DNA of 63,787 nucleotides, counting the filler, from Phoronis australis (taxonomy: Eukaryota > Animalia > Phoronida), in assembly GCA_002633005.1 (NCBI GenBank). It is 8 parts of 8 records of this genome, joined end to end, with 100 filler letters (N's around TTAATTAATTAA, not from the genome) between each part and the next. Parts side by side here need not be neighbours in the genome. Positions count along the whole stretch, not along the records: positions 1 to 29,905 come from NMRA01000898.1; positions 30,006 to 34,604 come from NMRA01002540.1; positions 34,705 to 37,628 come from NMRA01003320.1; positions 37,729 to 40,496 come from NMRA01003438.1; 4 more parts are not named here. One strand, written 5' to 3'. Below the pieces are notes generated by a model. That model was given only the letters and a program-made list of their open reading frames with translations. It searched no databases and was not told where the DNA came from. Made by a program: the position numbers and the translations under genes. Within the stretch, counting starts at the first letter, position 1, and the number at the start of each line of letters is the position of its first letter. This document shows, one piece after another, positions 25,822 through 39,600 of the stretch.

Positions 25822-27029
25822 ATTAGTGCCAGGAAAAAATAAAAATTGAATCTGTTAATACTGATTACCAATTTGTTATTACGGATCGGTAATCGATATG
25901 TTACGACCAGTGGATCAAGGTATTGAAAGTGCCGTTTATCGCCAGGACCTAAGAAAAATTGTTGAATTAGTCAGGAATTTGACAAACTTTGCTAATTTAA
26001 AGCATATAGTGCACCGTATTGATTTATCATTGTTTATAAATATTTTACATGCATGCTAGAAGTTTTAACTTCGATGTTAAAATAGTAAAACCTTCTAAGC
26101 GCTTGTTTTGTTTTTCTCGTTTTTGTTGCAGTTTGTTTCCTGCGTAAAAGGATAAGTTCCCACTCTTTGTGTTTAACTGATAAGATCTAGGTCTAGAATA
26201 ATCAGTTACATGTATTCTCTTCCGACAACAAAAGTTAAAACGGGGCGATTTGAAAACGTCAGTCTATACATGGGTTGCATGTTAATGCATTTTCTTTCAT
26301 TAAAGCCCCATGCAGCCCATTTTTGTTTCGGTCAAGGTTTTGGGTGGAGCCATTCGTTTTTTGTTTTATTTAAATGGAGGGAGTTGGCGTTCCTAATTAC
26401 ATGCGGTAAAACCACGGACCAAACTGAGTTTATCACATCACTTCAATAGGAATATTTGCTACCGCTAACTTGAGTTATTTTAGTTTGAAGTTTATGATTT
26501 CTGCTGGACCTAGACTACTGAGCACTGCGCGGGGCTTTAAGCACGAAGGGACGAAATCGGTATTCGTGTCAAGTTTTAAACAGATCTACTTGCGTCGTAC
26601 TCCGTCAGTTCATACTGTCAGAAATAAACTGTGGGTTTGTTTAAAAGGTAGCTATGCTTTGAGATTGTGCGAAGATGGAGAGAGAATGATTAAATACAGT
26701 AATTAATTTATTATATAATAACCACTAATTAGACAAGTGAAACCTGTAGTTAAGTAAAACATCTACTACAAAGAAGAGTAACTACGCTAGCGCCCTCTTT
26801 AAAGATTACTTAAATCAATCAACAAAAATAATCAAAGGTCTTATCTGCTATCCAAGCTGTAGGTCTCTCCACTTGTTGGATGACAGTTCTGTTGGTGAAT
26901 CTTAGAACTACACACTGTATTGCGGCAGTGTACTTGCTGGTCACCGTTTCTGGTGACGCAACACTTCAGGCAGTATCTTACTACCCACGATGCAAGTGAC
27001 AGGCTCTTAGTTAACTTCCTGTTCGTTAA

Positions 27030-27675
27030 GGAGGCACTGAACAGTTCTCACAGGGATTTGCCTATCAGAACACTCGTCAATGGACTCCTCACCCTTTCTT
27101 CACTCTGTCAAAAACTGCATGCAAATAAAGGAAAGTTTTGAGTCATTTCCCATCACAGGCCCTACAGATGAGCACAGAAACGTTGTACTCTCTTGTATTT
27201 TTGACCCTTTCACTCCAAGCTGAACTAAGAAAAATGAGGCCAAAAATGCAAAATCGACACTTTTCACCCCAAAATCACTTCCCCGCCGATGCTCGACTAA
27301 AGCCAACATTGGATTCCGAAAGCAAATTTCCAACCGATTCCAAAAATGCGGTCCAAAAGTACTGTCAACCAACTAGTTTTTTTTTGCAAATCTGGCTTGT
27401 TTGATGGCTACCTGAAATCGCGGCCAATTTCTCAGTTGCTACACAGCAATGCACAATTGGAACAGGGGGACACCATCTTGAAGAAGAGTGCAACTACAGC
27501 CGAGAAAGTGGCCTTTTTCATTCTCAGCATGTTCACAAATACAAAAAAAAAACACATTTACTTGGCTTACATACAATACCTAACTAAAAATGCCCCCAAG
27601 CCTGGCCTACCCCTAGATTTTAATATTTTGGGAGTGCAAACTGCCCCGGCCGCAGTCTAACTGTTCAGTGCCACC
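27030..27675. mobile_element. TTAA-flanked MITE (Kolobok-like)
   Basis: TTAA|GGAGGCACTGAACAG ... CTGTTCAGTGCCACC|TTAA. Confidence 0.85.
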
Positions 27676-28452
27676 TTAAATAAGAGCACATTCTCCAAAT
27701 TTTGATCAGAATAGTTCCTCTCCATCTGCTCACCTACTGGGTCAAATAAAAAGAAGAACCGGTGGCCAATTTTGTTTTTATAAGGTGGTCGGATGTGCCC
27801 AGCCTGAAGGCTGGGGTTTTCAAGCCAGACCAATTTTACACAGATTAAGACACCCGATGTAGTTTCCTGCTCTGTTTTGCACTATACTGACTTTTGATGG
27901 GACAAATTCAAAAAAAGTGATAAACTTAAATGTAAAACAATCAATAAAAGTTTAATTCAAGTCAGTTTCCTGACCCCACAGCTTGACCATAATCCTTACC
28001 GAGGCTCACTCGTTTTGTATAGGGGACATATGTATTGACAGAAGTCGACTTGGATAACCATAAAAGGACAGGAAACAAGAAATTTGGACAGCCTGTTTTC
28101 TCCCACCATCTTATTGTTGAGTGGTGAGCACAAACAAAATAGCCTGGAGAGCTACACAGTTTCATTCGGAGCAGAGGGAGAAAAAGAACAATTCAGAAGG
28201 GACACAGTTCATTCAAAGAACACCCTTACCCCTTCAATAGACCAAGACAGCCAGATGGCGCAATAGACGATTGCAGTGCTGTGCATCTCCCACATGTTGA
28301 AGCTAAGGGAGTCACCTACTTCGCTGATGGCGGTGGCACTGGGTCAACACTTTCTTTCTTAGAAGTTCAGGCCAAGCACTAAAAGAGAAAGCAGTTAACG
28401 TGAGACCAAACAACTGGACGGCGGGAAGGAATATCACCGTAAACATGCACCC

Positions 28453-28675
28453 GGGGTTAGGGTTAGGTTTACACAGTTAGGGTTACAGGGTGAGGGTTAC
28501 AGGGTGAGGGTTACAGACTTAGGGCAAGATTCAGAGGGTTAGGGTTAGGGTAGGGGTTAGGGTTGGACATCCAGGGTTAGGGTAAGGGTTCTGGTGTTAG
28601 GCTTAGGGTACCACGGTTAGGGTTTGGCTTAGGGCTAGGCCAGTTATAGGGCTAGCTAGGGTAAAGATTAGGTTG
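28453..28675 (+). repeat. Degenerate interstitial telomere-like (TTAGGG)n array
   Basis: Many GGGTTA/GGTTAGGG units interrupted by short spacers. Confidence 0.8.
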
Positions 28676-28791
28676 TTTCTACAAATAATGTAAAAATAAA
28701 TCAGCATAAACCACTGTCAAGACTTTGATTAGTGACATAGAGAAGAATTAGTGCCTATATTTGAAAGTTGAAATTTGACCATTTCTATTAA

Positions 28792-28953
28792 GGAGGCACT
28801 GAACAGTTCCCCCGGGATTTGCCTATCAGAACACACGTCAATGGACTCCTCACCCTTTCTTAACTCTGTCAAAAACTGCATGCAAATAAAGAAAAGTTTT
28901 GAGTCACTTCACGTCACAAAGGCAAACACCTGTGAGAGCTGTTCAGTGCCTCC
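28792..28953. mobile_element. Short deletion derivative of the 27030-27675 MITE
   Basis: Same first about 130 bp and TIR GGAGGCACTGAACAG / CTGTTCAGTGCCTCC. Confidence 0.85.
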
Positions 28954-29764
28954 TAACCCTTGCCCTTGCCAAGATCCTCTCTAGAATCTTCCACGAGATG
29001 GCTCTGTTATACTATTTCCTCTGTTCACTGTAGCAAGTCTTTATGCTTCAACTACTATAGCTCATCTGAATATCTTCTTGATTTTAGCCAATATTATAAT
29101 ATTCTACTTATTTAGTGACTGGCTAATAAAAACCACATGATCTTATCTAATCACATCATTGGCTGTTACGATTTGTTCTCAGAAATTTCTAGAATCTTTA
29201 GAGTGCTTTGACCCCAGAACCCAAAGTTGTAAACACCATCTAAAATAGATTTTGACGTTAAAGTACATGTCAACAAGTTTGACCCCATGATTTAACAGTA
29301 CGTATGCACAAATTTTGGGCAACTTAAAATGGATCTATTCTTACTAATTACTTAATCAATATTTATTCTGACACATACTAACAGGACTTGTCTCCTACGT
29401 AGACTCTCTAGATTGCTTCACAGGCTATCCGGCCGTGACGTCAGAATGTGAGCCCTGGAAACCAGGTTACGAACAGAACGTATACCATAAATATGTGTTT
29501 TCTCCAAGCCACTTCCCAGTGAGAACTTTCGAACGTGGATAAGATTACAACAAAAAATTAAAAGGTAAACGAAGAACAACAGCAAACTATGTGCCTGGCA
29601 CACATCCCTGTGCTTGGCAATCCGGGGGTTTGGATTATCAGATCTAATTTTCATTTCAACAAAATGGGAGCTTAAGATGTGAATGTTAATTATTGAAATT
29701 AGTTTCATACAGAAGCAACAGTTTGTTTGATTTTTACATCTAGACCTGGACCCGGTCTCCAATC

Positions 29765-29905
29765 TCCGTACTCAGACTCGAATCATGCTCAAACTCACAT
29801 TTCATACTCAACTCGAGTACAGACTCAGTTTTGGTGTATTCAATGTCATACTCGAAAAATCTGTACTCGAAATTTCGAGCACGTACTCAGTTTTCGAGTG
29901 TACTC
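29765..29905. repeat. TACTC(G/A)-rich repeat cluster, probably a MITE subterminal region truncated by the gap
   Basis: Repeated TACTCG/ACTCA/CGAGTAC motifs up to the N gap. Confidence 0.5.
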
Positions 29906-30005
29906 NNNNNNNNNNNNNNNNNNNNNNNNNNNNNNNNNNNNNNNNNNNNTTAATTAATTAANNNNNNNNNNNNNNNNNNNNNNNNNNNNNNNNNNNNNNN
30001 NNNNN
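29906..30005. other. Assembly spacer (100 bp of N with TTAATTAATTAA); also at 34605, 37629, 40497, 47448, 55567, 61105; plain N gap 48609-49319
   Basis: Identical N44-TTAATTAATTAA-N44 layout; six-frame stop linker, not biological. Confidence 0.97.
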
Positions 30006-31658
30006 GATGAAATGAAATTAAAAAGCTATGATAAAGGGATATGGTCAAGTTTGCGGCCGAAAAACGATTCTAGGATTGTTGTAAAATGGGATGTACTTTT
30101 TGAAATTACTAAATGTAGCTTTGACTGGAATTACTGAACAACAGAATACTCCGTGTCTGTTTTTTTATGAATAATAACCCGCAATTCTCGTCTTACAAAG
30201 CCACTTAACTTCGCTTGAAATATTTTTTTTTTGTTTTACGCGTGGATTTGACTCAGCGGTACAGCGCATTTGCAATCGCCTGCTACTGTGAAGTTGCTGG
30301 GTTTGGTTGCCTGCTACTGGTTATGTCAGTATAATTACTCTTCACATCGAGAATATCCCTTTAACCCTCCAAAACTAGGTCGTAATACCAACACCGAAAC
30401 CTGAAATTGTCGTGTCAGCCATTATTCTTCAACATAGCTTTGCTGACACTGAGACACAAACTCGGAAGAACAACCACGTAGATGTAGCACTGAAGCACAT
30501 TCGCCACTTCGTCGCCCCAGAATTCACACTGTGCACTCAGAATCGAAGTTGACACTTGTCGGGGGTTTCTTTACCTTTACTGTATTACTACAACACCAGC
30601 GGTGGTAAAAGCATGGCCGCATGCGTACTTGTCCTGCTTGGTTTTGGGGGGGTGTTATGCAAAAATGGCACAGCTTTGTCTGAATTGCGTCAACATAGGC
30701 CCATGTCGAAGCTTTAAAATAGTCTGCTCCTTATTAGGGAACAATCGCCCACAATTACTTTACATTTGATGTTTAAAGGGCCGGGGGGGGGGGCGAATCA
30801 GCGCTGCCTTCCCTACATGTTCACAAGAAGAGCATACCAAATTCACAGAATGTACATGTACCTCAAAAATGCTTCCAAACTTAAGCTACCCGAAATATTT
30901 AATGTTCAGTTCAAACTGAAGCTGCTTAGTGCGGTTGAAGTCAGTGTACAGTACAACCGTAGTAAAATACCGTGCACAGCCTACGCCATCTGACGGCACT
31001 TCTATTGATGAATAATGAACTCAATAAGCGAAAAAAATACAAAATTTGGGAAAATTATGTTGCTCTTATTTTCTACATGATCACCCAGGAAAAGCCCTTA
31101 TGGAGAATTTTTCAAACCTTGTCTCTGAAAGAGCCACTTGGGAATTTTTCCTCATTTACTCTTCCGGAAATCCCCGGCGGGGTGTTGTTTTCCGATGTCT
31201 ACTTATATTAGACTGCGTGTGTTTAGAATTGTCATAGACTCGTTACAACAATTCTTTGTAGTTGTTTCGACCTTGTCAAATTTTAAAGCCTCAAACTCTT
31301 CAATTAAGAACTTGAAACGTGTTTTAATTTCTAGAAGACTTTCGTACCACCGTATCACTGAACTATTTCAACAAGAGTATTACCAGAAATAAAGAAACAG
31401 TGTTTTAATGCACTGTCGTGGAAAGTAAACGTAGTTTACCGATTGACCATTCAAGGCAAAATCGTCAAAACTCTGCCGAGTTGGGCCCTCAAAGACATTA
31501 TCTTAATACACGAAGGTAGAACAACTAAAACAAACAAATTAATACAAACACGGTGTTGTAAGTTACGAAATCTTCTTTTTATAAAATCAAGTTAATGTCT
31601 ATTGATCAAAGAGATTTTTTATGTTCTTCGTGGTGAACAGAGGAAGAGTATTTTTAAG

Positions 31659-31712
31659 TCATTGCGGTTACTAAGAGACACTTTAAAAAGTGTCTCTTAG
31701 TAACCGCAATGA
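31659..31712. repeat. Perfect 26-bp-arm palindrome/hairpin
   Basis: TCATTGCGGTTACTAAGAGACACTTT-AA-AAAGTGTCTCTTAGTAACCGCAATGA. Confidence 0.95.
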
Positions 31713-34395
31713 GGACTTTTCATGACCCGGCAGTAGAGTCGAATTTACGGCCTACGCGACATCGTGCCGGTAGAGGGTGCGGTTTCAACAGCTGTTGTCT
31801 GCGGTACAGAAAATCAATTCTATTTTTTCAAATAGATTATTCATCAAAAGTTGGTGTTGAAGATAAGTCTATTCTCGCCGGCGACGTTTAGAGACTGTTT
31901 TATACTAATTTCAGATCCCCTTTAAAGTTACGCAGACTCCTAAGCTGTCAAAGTCGCCAACAATTTTTCAATCCTGTCCGCCCTCGCCTGTTTGTCGGCC
32001 ACAAACTTTCACCAAGCATCTCCTCGGTCGATGCATTTTAGTCCTTGACCGAAAGTCGAAACTATTTTCAAATGAATCCTGTGGCTAGTTTGTGCGAAGC
32101 CCTAAGCTGAATCCGGTACTTTAATTTTTCGATAGCACCGATTGTAGGCCTATGTAACAGTAAAATTAAGCCTTTCATAAACGTCGAGTATTAAGCTGTT
32201 ATTTTAACGATTATTAAAACAGGGTTGAGTTTATAAAATAATTGTACGGCATTCAAATGTTTTGACATTCTCTCAAACGGAGCTTTCAAGCGTAGGACTA
32301 TGCAATTATGCCCTACTAGTACGAAGCGACGAAATGAAGACGCTATCTCACTTTGGCCAGGAGACGTGCGATACATTTTTCAAATACATGTATACACTGC
32401 AGCGAATGATGTAATAAGTGTCGTTAGGACAGCTGTCTTACTTCCGGAGCGCAGACTCTCGGCGGAGAGAGCGGCTGTCTATAATTCTGAATTTTACGTG
32501 CGGAAGAAATCGCTCTACATCATTCTTGTAACGAAATTGTAAAATATTTATTGGGTTTCGCATCATGCCTATTTTTTCGAGTTATGAAAAAACAAATTAT
32601 GACAACATTCCGGGAACTTCGTTAAGTCTCAGTTATATATGCCATTCGCATTCTAATTAAACCTGCTTACGTGCAATATGCTATTGGCTAAGTAGTAACG
32701 CGGTTGCCCTAGACGTTGTTAGAATTTGTTTTTAAAATTGTTTCAATTTCACACGAAGTGCTGTCAAAATTTGGGCTTTTTTACGAGCAGTCCACAGATG
32801 CGTAAAGCAGGAAGACATTTGAGAGTACCCTAAGTACTCTGTGTGGAATGTGTTCGTGTTGATTTCTGATGGAGGCAAATCTTTTTTTTTTTTTAATTTT
32901 ACTAAATAAACATGGTCACACAATAAACGACGGCCGGACTAAAATAAAATTTACAATTTAATTCAAAACACTTTCTACGTGCAGAAAGTATATGTTTTGC
33001 TGAGTTTACAGTTTTGTAGATAATACATGTAGGTCAAAAGCAAGTGGGCAAACTGTAATTCTTACTGATCCTTTGCTTTGGGGCATTCTGTTCCACACAA
33101 TGTAGAGTTTCGGATGTTTAGATTTCGACTTAAAGTTCGCAACGGTCACAGAAATAGATCAAGTTAACACTTCTCGGTTTCTGTTGTTTATAGTGTAGAC
33201 GCAATGGAGCCCATCACCGATATGTTACTTTTGGCTTCAGTAACATTCTTATTGCGTCTTACTTTGAAGTTTGAATTTTGACCAGTCGATACAAGGTTCA
33301 TCTTACTTTAACAAGACTATGACCAAGAGATTTGATTGTAGAATTTTATTAGTTCAATTAGTACGCAGTTTGTTGCTCATAAACGCTTATACTGGTGGGG
33401 AAAAATCTTTACAAAAGCGTCGGTTTATAACAGAGTTCAATATAGATGGCGGCGGAGTTTATATTCATTTATAATTTTTTATTTTTTTTGTGTTTTTACT
33501 TTTGGCATTTTGTTTCACTTCTAATGGGAGCTGGGTTCTAGATATGTGACCTGGCTATAGTTGGCCAGGTCGCTAATGAGAACCTGAAAAAATCCACAAC
33601 GTTGAAGTCTGGTATCTATCTAAAGAGTGGGGTTTATGTCGGACTGGCTGCGTATTGAAGTAAATGGACGGGTATGCTGAAGCAAAAGTCACGACTCCTC
33701 TCTCAAAAATCAGAGTAGGCCTACCCTCGGGACAACTGTACATTCGATTACATATGTAGGCCTACACTGTACGTTGCATTGTTTACGCATACGTGAGTCA
33801 TAATCAAACTTAGAATTCAAAGATTCTCATTAATCCGTCTTCATTGAGTCACTGTTTTCTTTAACTTGCGATCGCAATAGCTTCCTGAAGTCATTCGTCG
33901 TTTCAAGTATCGCTCATAATCTCTTCCGGGTTACATGACGTCAACAGATGCCAGACTATCACTTTGCATTTAGAAACCTAACAGCGGTCGGGGCGTGTGT
34001 AAGTGCGAAGTGACGACGGTGCGCTTAAGTTGTTCTAAAAACAGCAACTGATGTGTGTTTATTTCGAGCGACAAGAGTGTATCATACAAAGGTGCAAAAG
34101 CAAATAGCAGTTAAAATGAACAACGATTCTTTAATAGTTGTGAACCAATAACATTAAATTCTACATTAAACATAGCACAAAAAGTTACATGGATTTATTT
34201 AGTCGTAATTTTAACCTTTTAAAAGCTACGCTTTGGAAATCATTACAGCTTAGCTCCCCTATACATGGACTTGCCCACGAAGTTCTAAACGTGTTGTTCT
34301 TGGAAAATAAACTTTGAGTTGAGATAAAACCCAGCTGGCCGAAGGCAAAGGGAATATTTAGTGTTTGTAGTCAACAAGTGAAGAAGACGCTTACG

Positions 34396-34478
34396 ATGTC
34401 GGACAAGGAAGTAATTGGTGTGTTAACACTTTTTACGACGTTTCTGTTATGGTTAACGCCATCGTCAGCACAAACAAA
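34396..34478 (+). CDS. Candidate first coding exon encoding a signal peptide
   Basis: ACGATGT start; MSDKEVIGVLTLFTTFLLWLTPSSAQT followed by a consensus GTAAGT donor; possible small next exon from 34752 (ttttcag|). Confidence 0.45.
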
Positions 34479-35967
34479 GTAAGTATTTTCGTAACAAAAT
34501 GTTAGGGAATGTACGGTGGTTTTTCGGGAATGTTAAAAGTAGACCACGTGTAGAGGCGCCAAGCTTCACATTTTGTGTAGAAAATACTAAATGTGGAAAT
34601 TAAANNNNNNNNNNNNNNNNNNNNNNNNNNNNNNNNNNNNNNNNNNNNTTAATTAATTAANNNNNNNNNNNNNNNNNNNNNNNNNNNNNNNNNNNNNNNN
34701 NNNNAACTATGGTAGACAAACCATAACCTGTTTGTATTTAAGTATTTTCAGGTCGAAACTTACTGACAAGGCCTATAATGTATGTATGTTGAGATAGAAT
34801 CTTACTGGCATGGCTTAGTATATTGCGTAACAACTATGGAGGAATTACTTGAAAACTTTTGTTTGACAAAACTGTCAGCGGTGTACCACCTTGATAAAAC
34901 TAGATCTTCCAATTTTGTACAAGAAAAATATACAAGTGCTGCACTGTAGCAAGTGTGCCAAGTTCAAACACTTGTAGAATTTACAAAGTACAATTTCATA
35001 GACAGGACTTTTTCCGTGAACAGTCACAACTCCTTTATTAGTTCTTTTTGAGATCCTAAAATGTTACTAACTCATAGAAAAGACTTCCCTATATGTAAAC
35101 AGTACCAGGAATGTAAGATGACATTCATAGAATCATAAGCAGATAGAAACAAAAAGCTAGGCGTGTGTTTTTACACCTGAGACCAATAAAAAATAAATAC
35201 ACAATGCCCCCTTGTAGCATTCTGTGAATATCTGATTACCATAACCTTTCCGATAGCTTGCAGTTAACCAAACCACTGTGGGGTTAGAGGTGAGGGACCT
35301 AATCCATCATGTGGCAGTATTTTGGACAGTGTACATTCGCCACCATATACAGACAGACAGTATTTTGGATCAAGCTAAATATACTGCCAGATCAGTGGTA
35401 ATGTGAGCGAAATGAACTGAATCTGCGGGCCAGCAGCGTTCTTTGTAACCTGCTTCGACTCGCCCAGGTTTGGGTCAATTCTGACCAGCCTGAAAACAAA
35501 GGGAGCTGAGTAATCGAAAAAGCATGCAAGGACATCTGTTGGCAGTGAGCAGCTGGACATTGAGCAAGGTTATTCACCTGAAATCATAATTTTATAAGGA
35601 GTCTCACACATGACAGACAGGCCTCTGACCAATATCTCATCAGCAACACGTTCTATAAATAGACAACCTAGTAGGTTCGCCCCTGTGACATCATGAACAG
35701 ACAACATGGTGGATGTGTGGTGGCATATTAACAACAGTTATCAGCTTAATGTGTCTGACATCAGCACTTTGTCCAATATTAGCCTGACCAGCAGCTTATC
35801 TCGTTTTGTCACACTGAGGTGACAGAAAAAGTGGGAAGTTGCTGGAATGAGCTTATACGCCCAGTACGTGTTTTGATGCGATTATACATTTGATAAAACA
35901 TGAAGTTGGAGTTTATGCTTTTAAATTCACCTATCGTGTATTGTGGGCGTGGTCACCACAATGTGTA

Positions 35968-36699
35968 CCAAGGTACCTAAACTACACAGTTAATGGACTG
36001 CTAAACACAGAGTCGACTCACAAAACACGATTCATTCACCCAAAATACAGTCATGGACTCACCTTCAAGTAGAAACACGACACACAGACCGCCGAACAAA
36101 GTTTACAGATAAAATGTAAAAATCCGCTTCGGCAGCAGTGTAGAGGGTGCGAGATTAAATATAATTTTGATCATACCTTTGTCTGTAACCTTATGTAACT
36201 GTTGTGAATTAGAAATTAAACATTATTCCTATTTAAACTGCTTACTTGTTCTACAATTTATTGGCGTCCGAAATCTTTTTGTAACATCAATTCCCAATTT
36301 TGACAATGAGACTAGCAACTTCCGTTGTCTTCTGTTTTCTTCTCAAAATGACATGGACCGTTCAAATTCCGTAAAATGACCCTTTGTTTCATTTCCCTTT
36401 CTACGTAATAATAATCACTACTGTGGGCTACTTGCTCAGCAAGCCGATGAGTCCATGACCGTGTATTTGGCATGCTTAATCGGAGTGAACCAAGTTTGGC
36501 AGTCCTTATGTCGTGTTTGGCAGTCCTTATGCCGTGTTTGTGAGTCAGTGACCGTGTATTTTGGGTGAATGAATTGTGCTTTGAGAGTCCGATCCCGTGT
36601 ATTTGAGTCCGTGATCAGTGTTCACAGGTACGCGCGTCGTGTTTTGCGTCCGACACCATGTTTAGCAATCTGTTTAGCGTGTAGTTTAGGAACCCTCTG
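35968..36699. mobile_element. TA-flanked MITE with long imperfect TIRs
   Basis: TA|CCAAGGTACCTAAACTACAC...AAAACACGA...ATTCATTCACCCAAAATACA mirrored by TATTTTGGGTGAATGAAT...TCGTGTTTT...GTGTAGTTTAGGAACCCTCTG|TA. Confidence 0.8.
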
Positions 36700-39600
36700 T
36701 ACATGGCACACTTCGCAATACCTTCAACTTATATACAGCTCCCATTACCAAAGGTAACTTGCCATATTAGGGAGGAAAACTACCTAATTTTTAATAATAA
36801 TTCACTTGACTTATCATGCACATTCTTATATTACCGTACTTGTGTGCAAAAACGGCGAAGGCGAGTGACTGTAAGGGTAACTGGGCGTCCTTGACTTCTT
36901 AAAGGTTTCATTTTAAATACCCCTGTTCAGCCTAATGGCCATGACCTAAATATTTAATATCACAATTGAAACCCACCGTGCATTCACCTGCTTCATTACA
37001 GAGAAACAATAGTAAGTGACATTCATGAAAACTATTACTGTATCTCACGTCTGTTTTGAGCAGTGTCGCCAAATCTATTGATAATTTAGCCACAAAGCTA
37101 TGATAGCAATTACCAGGTTCATGACTGAAACAATTTTATGCTTATTTTTAGTATGATAAACATTGAGTTTTTTATCTTGAAGCATTAAAAGCAAGGACAA
37201 AATCAAAATATCAAGAATCAATAAAATTCAACAAACCGATCTTTAATTCAATAACAAATCTATCTTTAATTCAATATCAATTCGAGCATTGATTTCATTT
37301 CTAGTTCTTCACTTTCACACTACGTAAATTTCAAAACCCCCTTTTGAAAAAGACAATATTTGGCTAGAGAGGCTCATCAAATGACTGGGCTATCCGTTCT
37401 GACAGCTAAATGTGTCTGGACTGAACATCCTGAAGTTACGCTTCCGAACTAATTCTATTCATGGCAAGCTCTTTCTAGTACAGTTTCTCAGCTAATGAGA
37501 AAGAGGCTGTCAAAAATGATGAAAATCACAGCCATTGTCAAGAGTGTGAATGCAAGCATTTTTGCGGATATTTTTACTCTGGGTGAGATTGATGTTTGTT
37601 TATTAAACTCACAAGTACTAGTGAGTGTNNNNNNNNNNNNNNNNNNNNNNNNNNNNNNNNNNNNNNNNNNNNTTAATTAATTAANNNNNNNNNNNNNNNN
37701 NNNNNNNNNNNNNNNNNNNNNNNNNNNNCAGTCCCTTGCATAAATTCACAAGTACGACCGATCTCAGAGAAGTCAGCAAATATTTCTCCCGCGACGACAA
37801 AAACCATCGTATTTGGAATTTTTGGAATGATGAAAGATCACGACATTATTTAGTCCAAACCCAGTCGCGGTTCATTCTTGTTAATAGTCTTAACAGGATT
37901 CAGTATCTTTTTGATTAGCTCAAACAAAATTCAGTTTGCCATTTGTACTCTAGCCACCTATCAGTCAATGCTTATTGTCAATAACCTGAATCAACGTTTT
38001 ATAGGGAACACCTGTAGATAACGGTTAAACCCTGGGCGGAGTCCTTTTTAACCACAGAATCACCATCTGCACTGGAAGGAATTTGCGAGCATAATATTGT
38101 TTAAACGGCAATGAGCTGTCTTCGTTTTCACGCCTTGTTGGCAACACTGGAGAAAAATGTTTACGAATCAATCGCAAACATTTTAAGTCTGGTCTGCACG
38201 CCACCTGTTGGCCACATCACGTAACCTAATGAACATAAGTTTACATATTTATATTTATGAATGAATGGGAACTAAAAATTTATTGAGTAACGGAAAATAA
38301 AAAGTAAATGAATGGATAGATTGATGCAAAAATTTATAATTCGTGACAACTGGGTTAACCATAAACAATTTTCTCGACGTTGCGGCTCCTTCCCCGTGAC
38401 AGAAATGTCTTAGACTAAAGAAATATTATTTTAAATTCAGTGTTAAATGTCAAACAAGAAGAAATATATCAAAGTTAAGAAAAAGAATGAAGTCAATTTT
38501 CTTTTAATGTTCCTCCATTTCTTTAAGTAACTTGTGAGACTGAGACTTCTGTTTCCCTTGACTTGGCAATTTCTTAAAGGGGCATTTCTTCTTTACTTAA
38601 AAGTCTTCGGCTTATAATGATTTATTTAGACATATACACATGGCCATACATGTACAAGACAGAAAGATTAGCCAACCATGCGAGAATTGCTTGCTACAGT
38701 GGTGAAAAACCTGGGGCCTGTTTTCCCAAAGTTAATTCTAATGGTAGCTATAAAAAACATTAACTTAATTTACGAACGAGGTCTCCCAACTCAAACGTGA
38801 AGAACGGTCACCTCTATGTGTCATGATTAGCAGCAATGTTTTGCTCTTACAAATCCGGCAGCGGCGCCTTCGTAATAACATGCCTCAGCTACGACCGGAC
38901 TAAGACTGTTTATTAAACCTGAGTTTCCAGTTGTAAGACGGAAATGTACTTTTATTTTTCACGTATCTTAGATAAACACTTCAACAAGTGATGATCAAAA
39001 CAGTTCGAAATCGGTCACTAGATAAAGGTGACGAAGTTTGTTCACGCCCTGGAAGCGTTACGTTATATCCATGTCAATGTTTATTTCTGAAAACAGTACA
39101 TGGTACGCCAACTGTAATCTCCTATTCTGGTCGGGGCATTGTCACTTCTAGAGACAAGTCTTAGAGAAGAATCTAGTGACACAGAATTAAGTTCTGCATC
39201 TCATGAAAATGCTGTATGCGTTTCGTTTTTAACTTGGCGCTTTTATTTGAATCACAAATGTCTATCCCAAGAATGAAAATTGTACATATTCTGTTTTTTG
39301 AGGTTCATAGATATATGCACGAGCTTTTTCAGGCCTAAAGATTTAGCAATGTTTCCAGCAAAAGCGTTCTACATAAGAAGTTTTCTGCAAATAATTTTGT
39401 GTGCATCATTTGGTTTATTTCATTTTGCTTTATTTCACTGTGTGTTATAATATTAGACCGGTGGCCATGCATGTACAAGGCACTGTTTATTGAAAACGCT
39501 GCTGTGTCAAGCTGACCGGTGACTAATATTTCAATTTCTCCTTTTTATGGAAGAAGGGAAATAAAATACATAAAACAAGCTACTGCACATTTCTCAGGCT

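Larger units (their letters stand above)
19880..25865 (+). repeat. Segmental duplication, copy 2
   Basis: Colinear with copy 1, but carries extra insertions and an internally deleted Sola2-like element. Confidence 0.92.

Noticed and set aside
27990-28130. FLYWCH-like RGSLVLYRGHMY
   Set aside because: Too short, followed by a stop, and lacks the W-C-H residues.
35375-35580. Minus-strand terminal exon (ttttcag|..LVRIDPNLG...LPLIWQYI*)
   Set aside because: Two plausible acceptors but no recognisable domain or linked exon.
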